A DNA stretch of 63,840 nucleotides, filler included, from Octopus bimaculoides (lineage: Eukaryota): NCBI RefSeq assembly GCF_001194135.2. It is 4 parts of 3 records of this genome, joined end to end, with 100 filler letters (N's around TTAATTAATTAA, not from the genome) between each part and the next. Parts side by side here need not be neighbours in the genome. Positions count along the whole stretch, not along the records: positions 18,351 to 49,057 come from NC_069001.1; 3 more parts are not named here. One strand, given 5' to 3'. The notes beneath the pieces were generated by a model. It was not told where the DNA came from. It ran no database searches and saw only the letters and a program-made list of their open reading frames with translations. Made by a program: the position numbers and the translations under genes. Shown piece after piece: positions 27,030-40,710 of this stretch (position 1 is the first letter of the stretch; the number at the start of each line of letters is the position of its first letter).

Positions 27030-28402
27030 CAAATAATATGTGAGTATATGCATATATAAGTACATGTATGAACATACCTACATCTACATGTATATATAGA
27101 TGCATATCTGGGTACAGGACATCACAAGGAAACGTGGACAAAATGAAAAACGAGAACATAAACAGAGCAGGGAAACAAACTTTTTTCGGACAACGGTAGG
27201 AACACACAGGAATACAGACAAACCACATAGAGAACATTTCCTTCATTAGCTGCCCCTATTCTAAACTAAGCGTTTCGAAGAGTTAGGGCAGGACGCATTG
27301 TTAGAATAGCTCTTCCCGCAAAGAAAATTAAATAAAATTTGTGATGCGGAGGAATTAAGTGGCAAACAAAAAACACGACAAAGAAAAGAACATCGAGGGC
27401 TGTTTGGCCAGACGAGAAAAATACATATATANNNNNNNNNNNNNNNNNNNNNNNNNNNNNNNNNNNNNNNNNNNNNNNNNNNNNNNNNNNNNNNNNNNNN
27501 NNNNNNNNNNNNNNNNNNNNNNNNNNNNNNNNNNNNNNNNNNNNNNNNNNNNNNNNNNNNNNNNNNNNNNNNNNNNNNNNNNNNNNNNNNNNNNNNNNNN
27601 NNNNNNNNNNNNNNNNNNNNNNNNNNNNNNNNNNNNNNNNNNNNNNNNNNNNNNNNNNNNNNNNNNTATATATATATATATATATATATTCGTTTATATT
27701 TATATAAAGGGCATTATTACAGAAAAATAATAACGCCACACAGTGGACTTCTCAAAATAACCACATTTAGTACCTAATGCGATGAAAAAACAACCAACAG
27801 AAGACGACCAACTTTCTTTTAAAGAAACAATGGTGGTTGGATAATGTCTTGAAGCTGCAGAATTTTATTCATAGATTGAGTGATGGATGGTTGGACAGGC
27901 AGATAAATTCATTAGTTGGTTTGTTTCTCTGAGGAATTCCACTACATTATAGTGGAGTATCCATAGGTTCAAAGATGGATCTTAATTCTGCCAATTTGAT
28001 GGTTACCTTCAAGCTCAAAATTTAATTCGCTTCACCCACAGCTAACTAATTACTACATCGGTGTCTGTGTCGTCGAAGAGTTCCATCTGTGTTCCCTTCT
28101 TTGCCACAACCACTTTGAACTGGTTTTAGTTACCATGCCTAGCTCCCTGGCGGACTTTTCTTCAGTTGTTTGGCTTTGAAACCAATCTTCTGCAAAAAAC
28201 AGCCCACTGATTTTGCTGAGAAACCTCATCGGTCGACTTCAGGTATGCAGTTTCAGATATTTTGAATGTCATTAGCAAGAATCCTGCAAACCGAATATAA
28301 AAAATCATAGTTATATTTGGGGATAGTCATTTTTTTATTTCTCAGTTAACCACAAACAGTATATACTTGGACATCACTTCAGTTTTATTATTATTATTAT
28401 TA

Positions 28403-29322
28403 TTCAGTAGTTTTATTTTTATAACGTGCTTTCACTTCACTACCGAGCGCAGCTCTGTGCGCCTTGGGTATGTGCTGTGGTTTGCTGTGGTGCTCTTATG
28501 GTTACTGTATTGAAAGTGTTTTGCGTAGGATGTGTGCAGTGCCCAGTAGTGCAATTTTCTGTGTTATATATATTTGTAAGTCCTGATGTTTTTGTTATGT
28601 ATTTGTCTGAATATTTTTTATTATACCTAAGGTACCTACTATGATAGGAATTGTTTCTGTTTTTAGGTTCCACGTTCGAGTTACCTCTATTTCCAGGTCT
28701 TTGTATTTTGCAAAGTTTCTCCATTTCTTTTAGGGAAACGTTGTCATCTGCTGGTATTGATACATCAATTATAAAGCATTTTTTTCTTCATGATCTTTGA
28801 CAACTATATCTGGTCTATTGGCCTTCATTTCTCTATCTGTGTGTATTGGCATATCCCAGAGTATGGTTGCTTTCTCATTTTCTGTGACCTTTTCTGGCGT
28901 GTGTTTATACAATCTTTTTTCTGTTGTTATTCCATAGTGTTGGCATAGCTTCCAGTCCCAGTTCTGTCGTGTCTGTGAATATATTCCTTCTTAGCCAGGA
29001 CTGGGCAGCCAGAGATAATATGATTTATTGTTTCTTGTCCATCTCCACATATTCTACAGTTACTTGTTATGTTTCTTTTCATTATATGTTTTTGGTATTT
29101 TCTGGTGGGGAGGCTTTGGTCTTGTGCAGCAATTAAAAATGCTTCAGAGTCTGCTTTGAATCCTGAGCTTCTCGACCACTGCTGGGATTTTTCTCTGTCT
29201 ATTTCTTTTGCATTTAGTTTAGCCCAGTATTTACCATGTAGGGGCTTTTCTTGCCATCGTTTTATCATGGTCCGTTGCTGTTCTAGTTTTAGTTTGGATT
29301 TCATTTGTTTTATAGCTTTTGT
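28403..29322 (-). mobile_element. R4/Dong-like LINE, young 5'-truncated copy inside a (TAA)n tract
   Basis: LIAAQDQSLPTR...CRICGDGQETINHIISGCPVLAKKEYIHRHD (CCHC knuckle), ILWD...NRPDIVVKD (REL domain), 3' UTR, (TAA)n on both sides. Confidence 0.92.
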
Positions 29323-29424
29323 TTCTTCTTCTTCTTCTTCTTCTTCTTCTTCTTCTTCTTCTTCTTCTTCTTCTTCTTCTTCTTCTTCTTCTTCTTCGTA
29401 TTTATTATTATTATTATTATTATT
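29323..29424 (+). repeat. (TTC)n followed by (TTA)n microsatellite
   Basis: Direct reading. Lies at the 5' junction of the 28403-29322 LINE. Confidence 0.95.
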
Positions 29425-29533
29425 TTACTGTCCTTTCTCTGAAATCTCTCGTCACACGTCCTGTGACCTTTTCAGCGACTCTCGAACTCATGCGTCTTCT
29501 CCTCTCCTGTTTAGTCCATTCACAAATGAAATC

Positions 29534-29593
29534 ATTTAGGGTTTCAATTTTCAATTTAGGGTTTCAATTTTCAATTTAGGGTTTCAATTTTCA
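29534..29593 (+). repeat. Three perfect copies of the 20-mer ATTTAGGGTTTCAATTTTCA
   Basis: Direct reading. Confidence 0.95.
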
Positions 29594-29857
29594 ATTTTGT
29601 AGGCGAAATTTCACTCACGCATGTTAAATTCCTACCCTTAATATAGAGCCACAGTCGCTTGCAGTGAGAGCTTTCTAGCACTACAGGCAGTAAACGTGTT
29701 AGTTTAGTGATGTCTGCGAACCGCTTTCGATATTGACGGCATAGTTAAGCTATCAAATACCAGTAGAGAGGCATGAGTGTCTAAGCTTCTCATAAGTCTG
29801 ACAATGTAGTTTTCTTTAAATCTGAAGATCGAAACCAGTGTTGGAACTAAAATAACT

Positions 29858-29921
<64 letters not shown>

Positions 29922-30010
29922 GCGATTTATGTACGATATATTACAACCAGCTGTTGACAGAGTTACTTAATTCATAATACACCCGTGCTCATAAATTCCT
30001 GTATATATAC

Positions 30011-30068
<58 letters not shown>

Positions 30069-30210
30069 ACATATAAACACACACACAAATATATGCCTGT
30101 ATACAACACAGGGACATACACAGACAGACAGTAATCTATTTCTCGCCGCCCTTTTCACTCTTGCCATTCGCTCTCTCGCTCTCTCTCACTTCCCCTCTCT
30201 CTCTTTATAC

Positions 30211-30268
<58 letters not shown>

Positions 30269-31969
30269 ACACCCATGTATATACACATGCACACACACTC
30301 ACTCACACATACACAGACACTCACATATATATGTATGTATATACATGTATGTATGTATAGATATAAGTGTGTGTGTGAGTGTGTGTATGCAAATGCATAC
30401 ACACATAAAACCCCACTCATTATATGCACACACGTCAGACGCTCGCTCAATCTCTGCCAAAGACACCAACATCTGTCTAGGACTCCCTTCATTGCCATCT
30501 CCACTATCAACACCTACTCCATGCAAAAGATCCACACAACTTTTACACACACACACCCTCACACACACACACACACACACACCCTCACACACCGTCACAC
30601 ACACACATACACACGCGCACACACACATATGTATACATACATATATAATTATATATATATATATACATACATATATAATTATATATATATATACATACAT
30701 ATTTATATNNNNNNNNNNNNNNNNNNNNNNNNNNNNNNNNNNNNNNNNNNNNNNNNNNNNNNNNNNNNNNNNNNNNNNNNNNNNNNNNNNNNNNNNNNNN
30801 NNNNNNNNNNNNNNNNNNNNNNNNNNNNNNNNNNNNNNNNNNNNNNNNNNNNNNNNNNNNNNNNNNNNNNNNNNNNNNNNNNNNNNNNNNNNNNNNNNNN
30901 NNNNNNNNNNNNNNNNNNNNNNNNNNNNNNNNNNNNNNNNNNNNNNNNNNNNNNNNNNNNNNNNNNNNNNNNNNNNNNNNNNNNNNNNNNNNNNNNNNNN
31001 NNNNNNNNNNNNNNNNNNNNNNNNNNNNNNNNNNNNNNNNNNNNNNNNNNNNNNNNNNNNNNNNNNNNNNNNNNNNNNNNNNNNNNNNNNNNNNNNNNNN
31101 NNNNNNNNNNNNNNNNNNNNNNNNNNNNNNNNNNNNNNNNNNNNNNNNNNNNNNNNNNNNNNNNNNNNNNNNNNNNNNNNNNNNNNNNNNNNNNNNNNNN
31201 NNNNNNNNNNNNNNNNNNNNNNNNNNNNNNNNNNNNNNNNNNNNNNNNNNNNNNNNNNNNNNNNNNNNNNNNNNNNNNNNNNNNNNNNNNNNNNNNNNNN
31301 NNNNNNNNNNNNNNNNNNNNNNNNNNNNNNNNNNNNNNNNNNNNNNNNNNNNNNNNNNNNNNNNNNNNNNNNNNNNNNNNNNNNNNNNNNNNNNNNNNNN
31401 NNNNNNNNNNNNNNNNNNNNNNNNNNNNNNNNNNNNNNNNNNNNNNNNNNNNNNNNNNNNNNNNNNNNNNNNNNNNNNNNNNNNNNNNNNNNNNNNNNNN
31501 NNNNNNNNNNNNNNNNNNNNNNNNNNNNNNNNNNNNNNNNNNNNNNNNNNNNNNNNNNNNNNNNNNNNNNNNNNNNNNTCTCTCTCTCTCTCTCTCTCTC
31601 TCTCGGCTTCGACATTTCTCTCTCAGGTATGTATGTCATGTCTATAGTTCACTATTCTCCGTTTACCATCCCAAATCGCAAACCACAACTCTTCATTTTG
31701 TCCGACACGCCAACAAATCTACCCCCTCCGTTATTTTCCCCTAATTCATCATTGACTTTCTCACAATCCATGTTTTCTCGTTACCCTGAATGGAGATGCT
31801 ACAAAACTTGGGTGGTACCCTCTCACTTCTGTCTCACAAACAAAAACGAAAAAGTAATGTTTTTTGCTTCAGTTTTTAGAAGAATGAAATATTTGACAAA
31901 GCTTTGTTTTGTTAGCTTCTTACCTCCATTTTTATGAAGAGTGACAAATCACAGCGAGTTCCGGTTTAT

Positions 31970-32968
31970 GACTAAAACAATGTCATTAGCGACATTGATG
32001 CCAAAACAATGTTGAAAATTCTCACTCCGTCGTCGTTGTCAGCATCATCGTCGTCATCATAGTGCATCACCACCACCACCATCAACAACAATAACAACAA
32101 AACTAACACCATAATCATCGTCCACTCCTCGTCATCATCATAACCACTACTACCACCATCATTACCACAATCACCAGCAAAAACAATTAAAAACAAAACG
32201 TCATCCTCTTCGTCATCCTCATCATCATCATCACCACCACCACCACCACCACAACCGCCACAATCATCATCATCATCGCCATTACAATGATGGCTGTCGC
32301 TGCAAATAACACTACCATCCTCATCATCATTACCAATAACAACACCGTCGTCATCATCATCATCGTCATCATCATCATCGTCATCATCATCATCGTCATC
32401 ATCGTCATCATCATCATCATCACTGTTACTACCATCGTCACCATCACCACTACAACACTTCAATCGAAAATGGCGAAACGATCACTCCCCGCCTCCGCCC
32501 CCGCCACCACCACCNNNNNNNNNNNNNNNNNNNNNNNNNNNNNNNNNNNNNNNNNNNNNNNNNNNNNNNNNNNNNNNNNNNNNNNNNNNNNNNNNNNNNN
32601 NNNNNNNNNNNNNNNNNNNNNNNNNNNNNNNNNNNNNNNNNNNNNNNNNNNNNNNNNNNNNNNNNNNNNNNNNNNNNNNNNNNNNNNNNNNNNNNNNNNN
32701 NNNNNNNNNNNNNNNNNNNNNNNNNNNNNNNNNNNNNNNNNNNNNNNNNNNNNNNNNNNNNNNNNNNNNNNNNNNNNNNNNNNNNNNNNNNNNNNNNNNN
32801 NNNNNNNNNNNNNNNNNNNNNNNNNNNNNNNNNNNNNNNNNNNNNNNNNNNNNNNNNNNNNNNNNNNNNNNNNNNNNNNNNNNNNNNNNNNNNNNNNNNN
32901 NNNNNNNNTATTGTAAACTTTCGTGAAATCAACTAAAATTACTGTAATAATCATCATTAAAGCCATCG

Positions 32969-33000
<32 letters not shown>

Positions 33001-33460
33001 TCCATCACCAACACATGCTGTCACGATCACTATCTACTTCATCATCGATTTAATGTTGTTGTTGTTTATTGCTGCTGTTTTCTTCTTTTCCATCGTTTCC
33101 TTCTCCTTCTCCTTCTCCTCCCCTTTCTTCTATTCTTCTCCTTTTCTTTCTTATTTCTTCTTCATCTCCTCCTCTTTCTCCTCCTTTTTCTTCTTCTCCC
33201 TTCTCACATATACACATCTGTTCAAAGCCCCATACAGACTTACACATAAACCACCATCATCATCACCGTTATCAGCACCACCACCACCACCACCAACGTT
33301 ATCATCATCATCATCATCGTCATCGTCGTCGTCATCCTCATCCTCCCTATCCCATTCTTCTATTACTCCTCCGCCCCTACTTCTCCGGCTTACCCCACTG
33401 CCACCCCATCCCCTAACAACCACCTCGCCTCCGCTAACCACCCTTTCCCAATATTAATGG
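31970..33460. repeat. (CAT)/(CAC)/(CTT) low-complexity tract with gap
   Basis: Direct reading. Source of the spurious poly-D/H/I ORFs. Confidence 0.9.
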
Positions 33461-34785
33461 AAGTCAATTTGAAGAAGAATGTAAATGGAACCTAGCCCTC
33501 CCTCTCCTAAACTTGAACATACATTCACAAACACACATGCATAAACATACACACGCGCGCGCGTTNNNNNNNNNNNNNNNNNNNNNNNNNNNNNNNNNNN
33601 NNNNNNNNNNNNNNNNNNNNNNNNNNNNNNNNNNNNNNNNNNNNNNNNNNNNNNNNNNNNNNNNNNNNNNNNNNNNNNNNNNNNNNNNNNNNNNNNNNNN
33701 NNNNNNNNNNNNNNNNNNNNNNNNNNNNNNNNNNNNNNNNNNNNNNNNNNNNNNNNNNNNNNNNNNNNNNNNNNNNNNNNNNNNNNNNNNNNNNNNNNNN
33801 NNNNNNNNNNNNNNNNNNNNNNNNNNNGGAGAGAGAGGGAGGGAGGGAGAAAGAGAGGAAGAGAGAGAGGGAGAGAGAGAGGGGGGTTTCTTTTCAAAAT
33901 GATATGGTCAACTCTGAAATTTCATTACAAAGCGTTTTTCTTTTTCTCTTTTTCTCTTCCTCCTCTTTCCCTTCTTATTGTATACCATTCAACGTATTTG
34001 TAAATAAACACATTTTCTCAGAAGGGCTGGTGACCTTTCAATATGTCAATTTTAGGAAGTAGGGAAGGAAAGATAAGAAAAGAGAGGAGGATGCGGTCAT
34101 CAATGAAAAATGAAAAAAAAGTTCAAAGTCCAATGGAAATGTATATTACTTTACACTTGTATTGTCAAATCCCATATTCTGTGTAATTCCATGGTTTGCA
34201 CGAACAAACATTAAATATTCATAAATTAGGAAAATCAAGTCAGAATATAAAAAAAATTATTTGAGTTCGGTACTGTTTAAAATTCAATCTATTCTCTATG
34301 TACATATAATCAAATATCATAAATGAGTTTTGTAATAACATGTATATTGCATATTTAGCTGGAAGCCACTGTGTAGAATATAAATTATATAACAAAGCAG
34401 AGCCTACTTACATAGATTTTTGGGTATCTTTCATCGTTTTGTAGGGTTTATTTTCTTGCTTGCTTGGATAAAATAATTCAAAAGAGATCTTTTTCACGAA
34501 TTACTTTCCCAAGTAGCTACATTAGATACCTTTCCTAATCAGTGGTAAAATGGTTCTAGTGTTCCTTCTTGGGTATATGTAAGTTCTAACAGTTGTCAAA
34601 ATCCCAATGCTATATATATATATCTGATCAATTATAGAGATGAGTATCACATTATGAACATTTGAGCCACATTCAGAAACAACAGTAGCAGTGTAATGTA
34701 AATGTTTTCTCTTCATCCATCATCATTACTATTATCATTATTATTATTAATAATAATAATAATAATAATTATTATAATTTCTTTT

Positions 34786-35479
34786 ATTTACCACCAGGGC
34801 GAAGGATGGGGGTGACAATACAAAGACAAACATAAAGTGCTGGGATCTGCATACAATGGAATGATTAAAAAAAAAATAAAGAGAAAAGTATACACGGAAT
34901 AACAATAGTATACGACAGTAAGGGAGAGGAGAAAAAAGATGATAGTGATGTGGCCCTCCTGTTATAGGAGTACTTCTAGGGATAATCTTGGAACCCCACC
35001 GTCCAAGAACCTCCCTGAATACCAAGGGCAAGTGCCCTCTCCAAATTCTTTCCTCCGACTCACAGGTCAACACTTAGAGCAGTACCATACACTCTTACCG
35101 TTCTCGCAACTTTCACTTACCTTTTTATAAATTCACTCGAGGAACACACTTCCCTTTCGACCCTCACCTTCCTTTTCAAGTGAAACATGAAAAAGTCAAT
35201 GAGACCTCTCCCAAAGAGGAATGTATCTGTCCTCATGCTCTTCAGCTTTGTCCACCAGACAACCCCTTTCTCTACAGCCACTGAGCAAAGGAAAGCTGTT
35301 TTTCCTGCCCAATTAAAGGAGGGTAGCGGGGCAATCACCACAATGGACTCGGCCGACAGACGGATCCATCCCATACGCCACAACAGCTATTCGACATAAC
35401 TCCACAAGTCAACAATGCCCGGATACAGATCGATTTCATGCAGAACAATTTCATCACTTTGTGAACACGTCGGGACAAG
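34786..35479 (-). mobile_element. L1/Tx1-clade LINE 3' fragment
   Basis: C-terminal zinc-knuckle remnant (C)SQSDEIVLHE...IVDLWSYVE followed by WRMGWIRLSAESIVVIAP...FHLKRKVRVER. AT-rich trinucleotide tail. Confidence 0.7.
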
Positions 35480-36133
35480 NNNNNNNNNNNNNNNNNNNNN
35501 NNNNNNNNNNNNNNNNNNNNNNNNNNNNNNNNNNNNNNNNNNNNNNNNNNNNNNNNNNNNNNNNNNNNNNNNNNNNNNNNNNNNNNNNNNNNNNNNNNNN
35601 NNNNNNNNNNNNNNNNNNNNNNNNNNNNNNNNNNNNNNNNNNNNNNNNNNNNNNNNNNNNNNNNNNNNNNNNNNNNNNNNNNNNNNNNNNNNNNNNNNNN
35701 NNNNNNNNNNNNNNNNNNNNNNNNNNNNNNNNNNNNNNNNNNNNNNNNNNNNNNNNNNNNNNNNNNNNNNNNNNNNNNNNNNNNNNNNNNNNNNNNNNNN
35801 NNNNNNNNNNNNNNNNNNNNNNNNNNNNNNNNNNNNNNNNNNNNNNNNNNNNNNNNNNNNNNNNNNNNNNNNNNNNNNNNNNNNNNNNNNNNNNNNNNNN
35901 NNNNNNNNNNNNNNNNNNNNNNNNNNNNNNNNNNNNNNNNNNNNNNNNNNNNNNNNNNNNNNNNNNNNNNNNNNNNNNNNNNNNNNNNNNNNNNNNNNNN
36001 NNNNNNNNNNNNNNNNNNNNNNNNNNNNNNNNNNNNNNNNNNNNNNNNNNNNNNNNNNNNNNNNNNNNNNNNNNNNNNNNNNNNNNNNNNNNNNNNNNNN
36101 NNNNNNNNNNNNNNNNNNNNNNNNNNNNNNNNN

Positions 36134-36227
36134 NGAAGAAGAAGAAGAAGAAGAAGAAGAAGAAGAAGAAGAAGAAGAAGAAGAAGAAGAAGAAGAAGAA
36201 TAAGAAGAAGAAGAAGAAGAAGAAGAA
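36134..36227 (+). repeat. (GAA)n microsatellite
   Basis: Direct reading. Lies at the 5' junction of the 36230-37730 LINE. Confidence 0.95.
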
Positions 36228-36229
36228 TA

Positions 36230-37730
36230 TTCATAGACGACCTGAAGCTATTCGCAAAAACTGAGGCAGAACTGGACAGCCAGTGATATTAAGATGGAGT
36301 TTGAACTCTCAAAATGTACTGCGATGGTGATGCGACAAGGAAAGCTTGCCAGGACAGAAGGCATATCATTTTCAAGTGGTGAATCTCAGTCCAGCTATAA
36401 ATACCTGGGAATACTTGAGACAGATGGAATGAAAACACCACGACATGAAGGAAAAGACAAAAAGAGAGTACCTGCGGCGAGTGAGAAAAATATTGGCTTC
36501 AAAGGTAAATGCCAGAAACATAATTTCGGCAACAAACTCGCTCGCAGTCGCAGTTGTTCGATATGGCGCTGAAATCCTGAAGTGGACAGAAGAGGAGCTA
36601 AATGAGATGGGCAGGAAGTCAAGAAAGCTCCAAACAATGCATGGAGCCCATCATCTAAGTGCAAGCGCTGATCACCTATACATGAAGAAAGCAGATGGAG
36701 GAAGGAAACTGATAAGTGTGGAAGACTGCGCGTGTATCCAATTCGAGAGCTTAATGAGATACCAAGCCCAAAGTAAGGAAACTTCACTAGTGACAGTTAG
36801 GAACGAGGGAGCATTAAGAGCAGAGAAAAGTGGATAAACAAAGGAAGAAGTACAAAAATGGCATGAAGAAGATTTACGCAAGAAGGGACTACACAATCAA
36901 TTCCATGTAACCACAACAGAAGTTGCTGGGAAAAATAGATGGGATTGGCTGATGAAAGAAACCTTAAAAAAGAGAGCACTATACTGGCAGCACAAGACCA
37001 AGAATTGGTGGGTCGATCTGAGGAATGAGCAAGTGTCTCCGCTGTGCTGCATCTGCAATAGAGTGGATGAAACCATTGCCCACATCACGAACGAATGCCC
37101 TAGACTTGACCAAACCCACTACAAGTTCTGGTGATATGACCAGGTAACGAAAGTGCTACATTGGAAACTGGGATAAGTGGATGTTAGCGAGAGACAAGAC
37201 GTGGTATGAGCACAAACCGCAGAGAGTGACGGAGTCAGAGACTAGAAAATTCCTCTGGGATTTCCCAATCCAAACAGCTCAGGTGCTACAGCATAACAGA
37301 CCGGACCTAGTGGTGGTGGACAAGATGCACCACATATGATATAGAGTTCCTGTTGCATGCCCCTTTAACCCACGAATAGTCAAGAAGGAAGGTGAAAAGA
37401 TAGATTGATACAACCCTCTTAAGTACGAAATAGCCCGCCTATGGAAAATAATAAAAAGGTGAAGATAGTGCCAATTATTGTTGGGTCTTTGGAAAAAGTA
37501 TCAGAGGGCAACAAGAGGAATATAAAGGAAATTAGAATAGAGTGCTCAGTAGAACTGTTACAAAAGATTTGCCGCCTTGGCACGGTCAGTATAATCAGGA
37601 AAGTATTAGCTGAAAAGAACGAATAGCATGGTATCGTAGGCTGCAGGTAGTAAGCCAGTCACACATGCAAGACTCCAGGAGCTCCGACAAAACCTGTGAT
37701 AAAGAGAACATAATAATCATAATAATAATA
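36230..37730 (+). mobile_element. R4/Dong-like LINE, 5'-truncated at the RT catalytic motif, decayed
   Basis: Starts FIDDLKLFAK. Later CCICNRVDETIAHITNECP, FLWDFPIQT..HNRPDLVVVD, VKIVPIIVGSL. (TAA)n tail. Confidence 0.88.
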
Positions 37731-38636
37731 TTAAATGATTATTATTATTATTTCCATTATAGGTACAAGGCCTGAAATTTGAGGGAGGAGACTAGTCGAT
37801 TATATCGACACTAGTGCGTAAATGGTAGTTAATTTATCGACCCCGAAAGGATGAAAGGTAAAGTCGACCCCGACAGAATTTGAACTCGAAACGTAAAGAC
37901 GGATGAAATGCTGTTAAGCATGTTGTCCAATAATTTTGACAAGTACTTTTATTGACCCACGGAAGGATGAAAGGGACAAAGTTGACTTTGGTGGAGTTTG
38001 AACCCATCTTTTGCCGACGCTCTAATGATAAGGAGGAGGAGGAGGAGGAGGAGGAGGATTTCTTTTATCGGCCACGCTGGCCCAAGACATTGAGTTCAGT
38101 GTAAAAGGACGAAAACAACGATGACACTAACAGCAGGGTATATAACAAGAACAGCAACGATAGCAACAAGAACAACAACAACAATAATAACGACAGCAGC
38201 AGCAATATCAACAATAGCAACTGCAGCAACGGCCATGATGACGACGACGATGACGATGACCAAGGCGACGTGAATAAGATTAGCAGGTGAAGGAGCCGCA
38301 ATGTCAACAGCTGCACCAACAATAGTAGTAGCAGCAGCACTTGTATGGCATTATGTGCAGCAGCAGCAACAACAGAAGCAGCAACTGTAGTATTAATGTA
38401 GCAACAGCAGCAACACCAACAGCAGCATCTACAATGCAGTATCAGCTGCAAATATAGTGTGTTAAAAACAGCAGCGAAAAGCTCTGCGTTGACAGCAACA
38501 CCAGCAGCAACAGAAGCAACACTCGTAGTATTAATATACTTGACGTAGTGGTTCGATTCCTGGACAGAAGCACTCTATATCACGTTGCACCAACCTACAC
38601 AGCTTTAATTAGAACCACTCCTTGCTGGGGCAGCCT

Positions 38637-38694
<58 letters not shown>

Positions 38695-38834
38695 TCTCTC
38701 TCTCCGATATCCCATCCTTGATCAAGTTGTCGCATCCTCGATATCCCGCAGAAACCGAGAGGGCTGAGAGTATGTCTATATCTGCTGGCGACTCCACAAC
38801 AGTTAACAAAAGTATGTTATACCATAGGCGCAGG

Positions 38835-39175
38835 TAAGGATGAAACTTGCTTCACAACCACATGGTTCCGGGTTCAGTCCCACTGCGTGGCATCTTGGCA
38901 AGTGTCTTCTACTTTAGCCTCGGACTGACCAAAGCCTTATGGTTGGATTTGGTAGATGTAAACTAAAAGAAACCCGACAAATATATGTGTGCGTGTCTGT
39001 GTCCCCCACCACCGCTTCACCGTAACTTAGCGGTTCAGCAAAGGAGGTTGGTAGAATAAGTATCAGGCTTTTAAAAAGTACTTGGATCGATTCGTTCGAT
39101 TGAAAATTCTTTAAGGTGGTGCCTCAGCATGACCGCGGTTTAATGACTGAAACAAGTAAAGAATAAAGAATAAAA
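38835..39175 (+). mobile_element. SINE family A copy
   Basis: GGTTCCGGGTTCAGTCCCACTGCGTGGC head and TAAAGAA tail. Confidence 0.82.
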
Positions 39176-40199
39176 TATATATGCTACTAAATCATACCGG
39201 TTCGAGAGTGACGGCTATGGGTTGGTTTATTTATTTATGAAGGAATGACGGTACAATGTCAGTGGTAATTTTTGGGCTCACGATCACGAGGTCGTGGGTT
39301 CGATTACTGGACATACAGTGTCTTTGAGCACGAAACTTCATTTCACGTTGTTTCGATCTACTTCGCCGTAGATGAATAACAGCCAAATGCTGGTGCTTCA
39401 CTTTCCACATCTTCGATGCTCCACTGAGTCAAGGTTGAGACAGCTGATGTCTAAGTGTGACCACAGCCACTCAGGCGCCTAAAACAATTAGTGAATGCAT
39501 GTTACATATTTATTTATTTAATTAACTAGTTAATTTATTATGGGTAGTGTATTGATAGTCATTAGAAATGAAGGCTAAATACCTTCTGCTAATTATTTCT
39601 TGTTCTGAGTTCAAATCACGCCGAAGTCTACTTTCAATTCTTCCCGGGTCGATAAATAAAGTATCGGATTGGTGGAAACGTTAGAGATGTCGGGCGGGTT
39701 GTGCTGTACAATTAGCTTCGGCATCTTTCGTTCTGCTTTCAATTCCGGCAGAGGTTAGCTTTTATCTTTCCGTGGATGAGAAGCAAAGAATCATTCTCCG
39801 ATAGTGAACTGTCGGGGTGGAGGGGTGGAGGGGTATACCTAGTGATATTTGTTCCGGTTCCTTTCATTCTGATTTCAGTTCTCATTGACGTAAAAGTTTT
39901 GCCTTTCATTCTCCTATAGACGATAAAAAGTGTCAATTTAGGACAGGGAACTGGCAAAATTGTGAGAGCGTCGGGCAGAAGTACCTTGTTACTATTCCTT
40001 TTAGCAAATCCCAACATCGCCTGCTTGGGTGATAAACTTCATATGTCACCCGGTTGTACGTCAGCACCATCGCTACATGGCATCTGAGGTGTCTTTTGTA
40101 GTGTCCATTCTGCTGGAACAGAAAAGGGTCACCCCACACCACGTAATGGAAAAATAAAATGTAATTCAATAACAGCAGCAATAGAGGTTACACTTATCG

Positions 40200-40372
40200 T
40201 TTATCTTTTACTTGCTTCAGTTATTGGATTAAGGTCATGCTGGAGCACCGGTTTGAAGGGCTTTTAGCCGAACAAATCGAGCCCTGTACTTGTTTTTCAA
40301 GTCTTTTATCTATTCCATCGCTGTCTGTTGCTGAACCGCTAATTTATGGGGTCGTAAACGAAAAAAAAAAAG

Positions 40373-40406
<34 letters not shown>

Positions 40407-40413
40407 TATATTA

Positions 40414-40480
<67 letters not shown>

Positions 40481-40710
40481 CATATATATATTATATTATA
40501 TTATATATATATACATAGATACATAATACATACATACATATATACATACATACATGACAGGCGTACACACAGTCTCCATCATATTCACTCACAAAGCATT
40601 AGTCGACCCGGGGCTTTTGTAGGAGACACTCCCTTAAGGTGCCACGCAGTGGGACTGAACCCGAAATCGCGTGCTTGCAAAGCGAGCTTCTTAACCACAC
40701 AGCCATGCCG
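40200..40710 (-). mobile_element. SINE family A copy with expanded internal microsatellite
   Basis: Reverse complement of the family A head and tail around a (CA)/(TA)n tract. Confidence 0.8.

Noticed and set aside
27160-27320. Hammerhead-like pieces on the minus strand (GGGGCAG-CTAATGA...GAAA and GAAGAG...CTCTTC-GAAAC); similar GGGGCAA-CTGATGA at ~23605-23620
   Set aside because: Invariant G5 is lost or no correctly placed GAAA/stem III follows, and the register is off by one base. Possibly decayed pLTR motifs, but not supportable as ribozymes.
27928-27962. CTGAGGA followed by a 9-bp hairpin ATTCCACTA/TAGTGGAGT
   Set aside because: No GAAA after the stem, so it is not a hammerhead. A short hairpin alone is expected by chance.
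30161-36264. Very long ORFs in the track (up to 530 aa)
   Set aside because: They are mostly N-gap (X) plus microsatellite translation.
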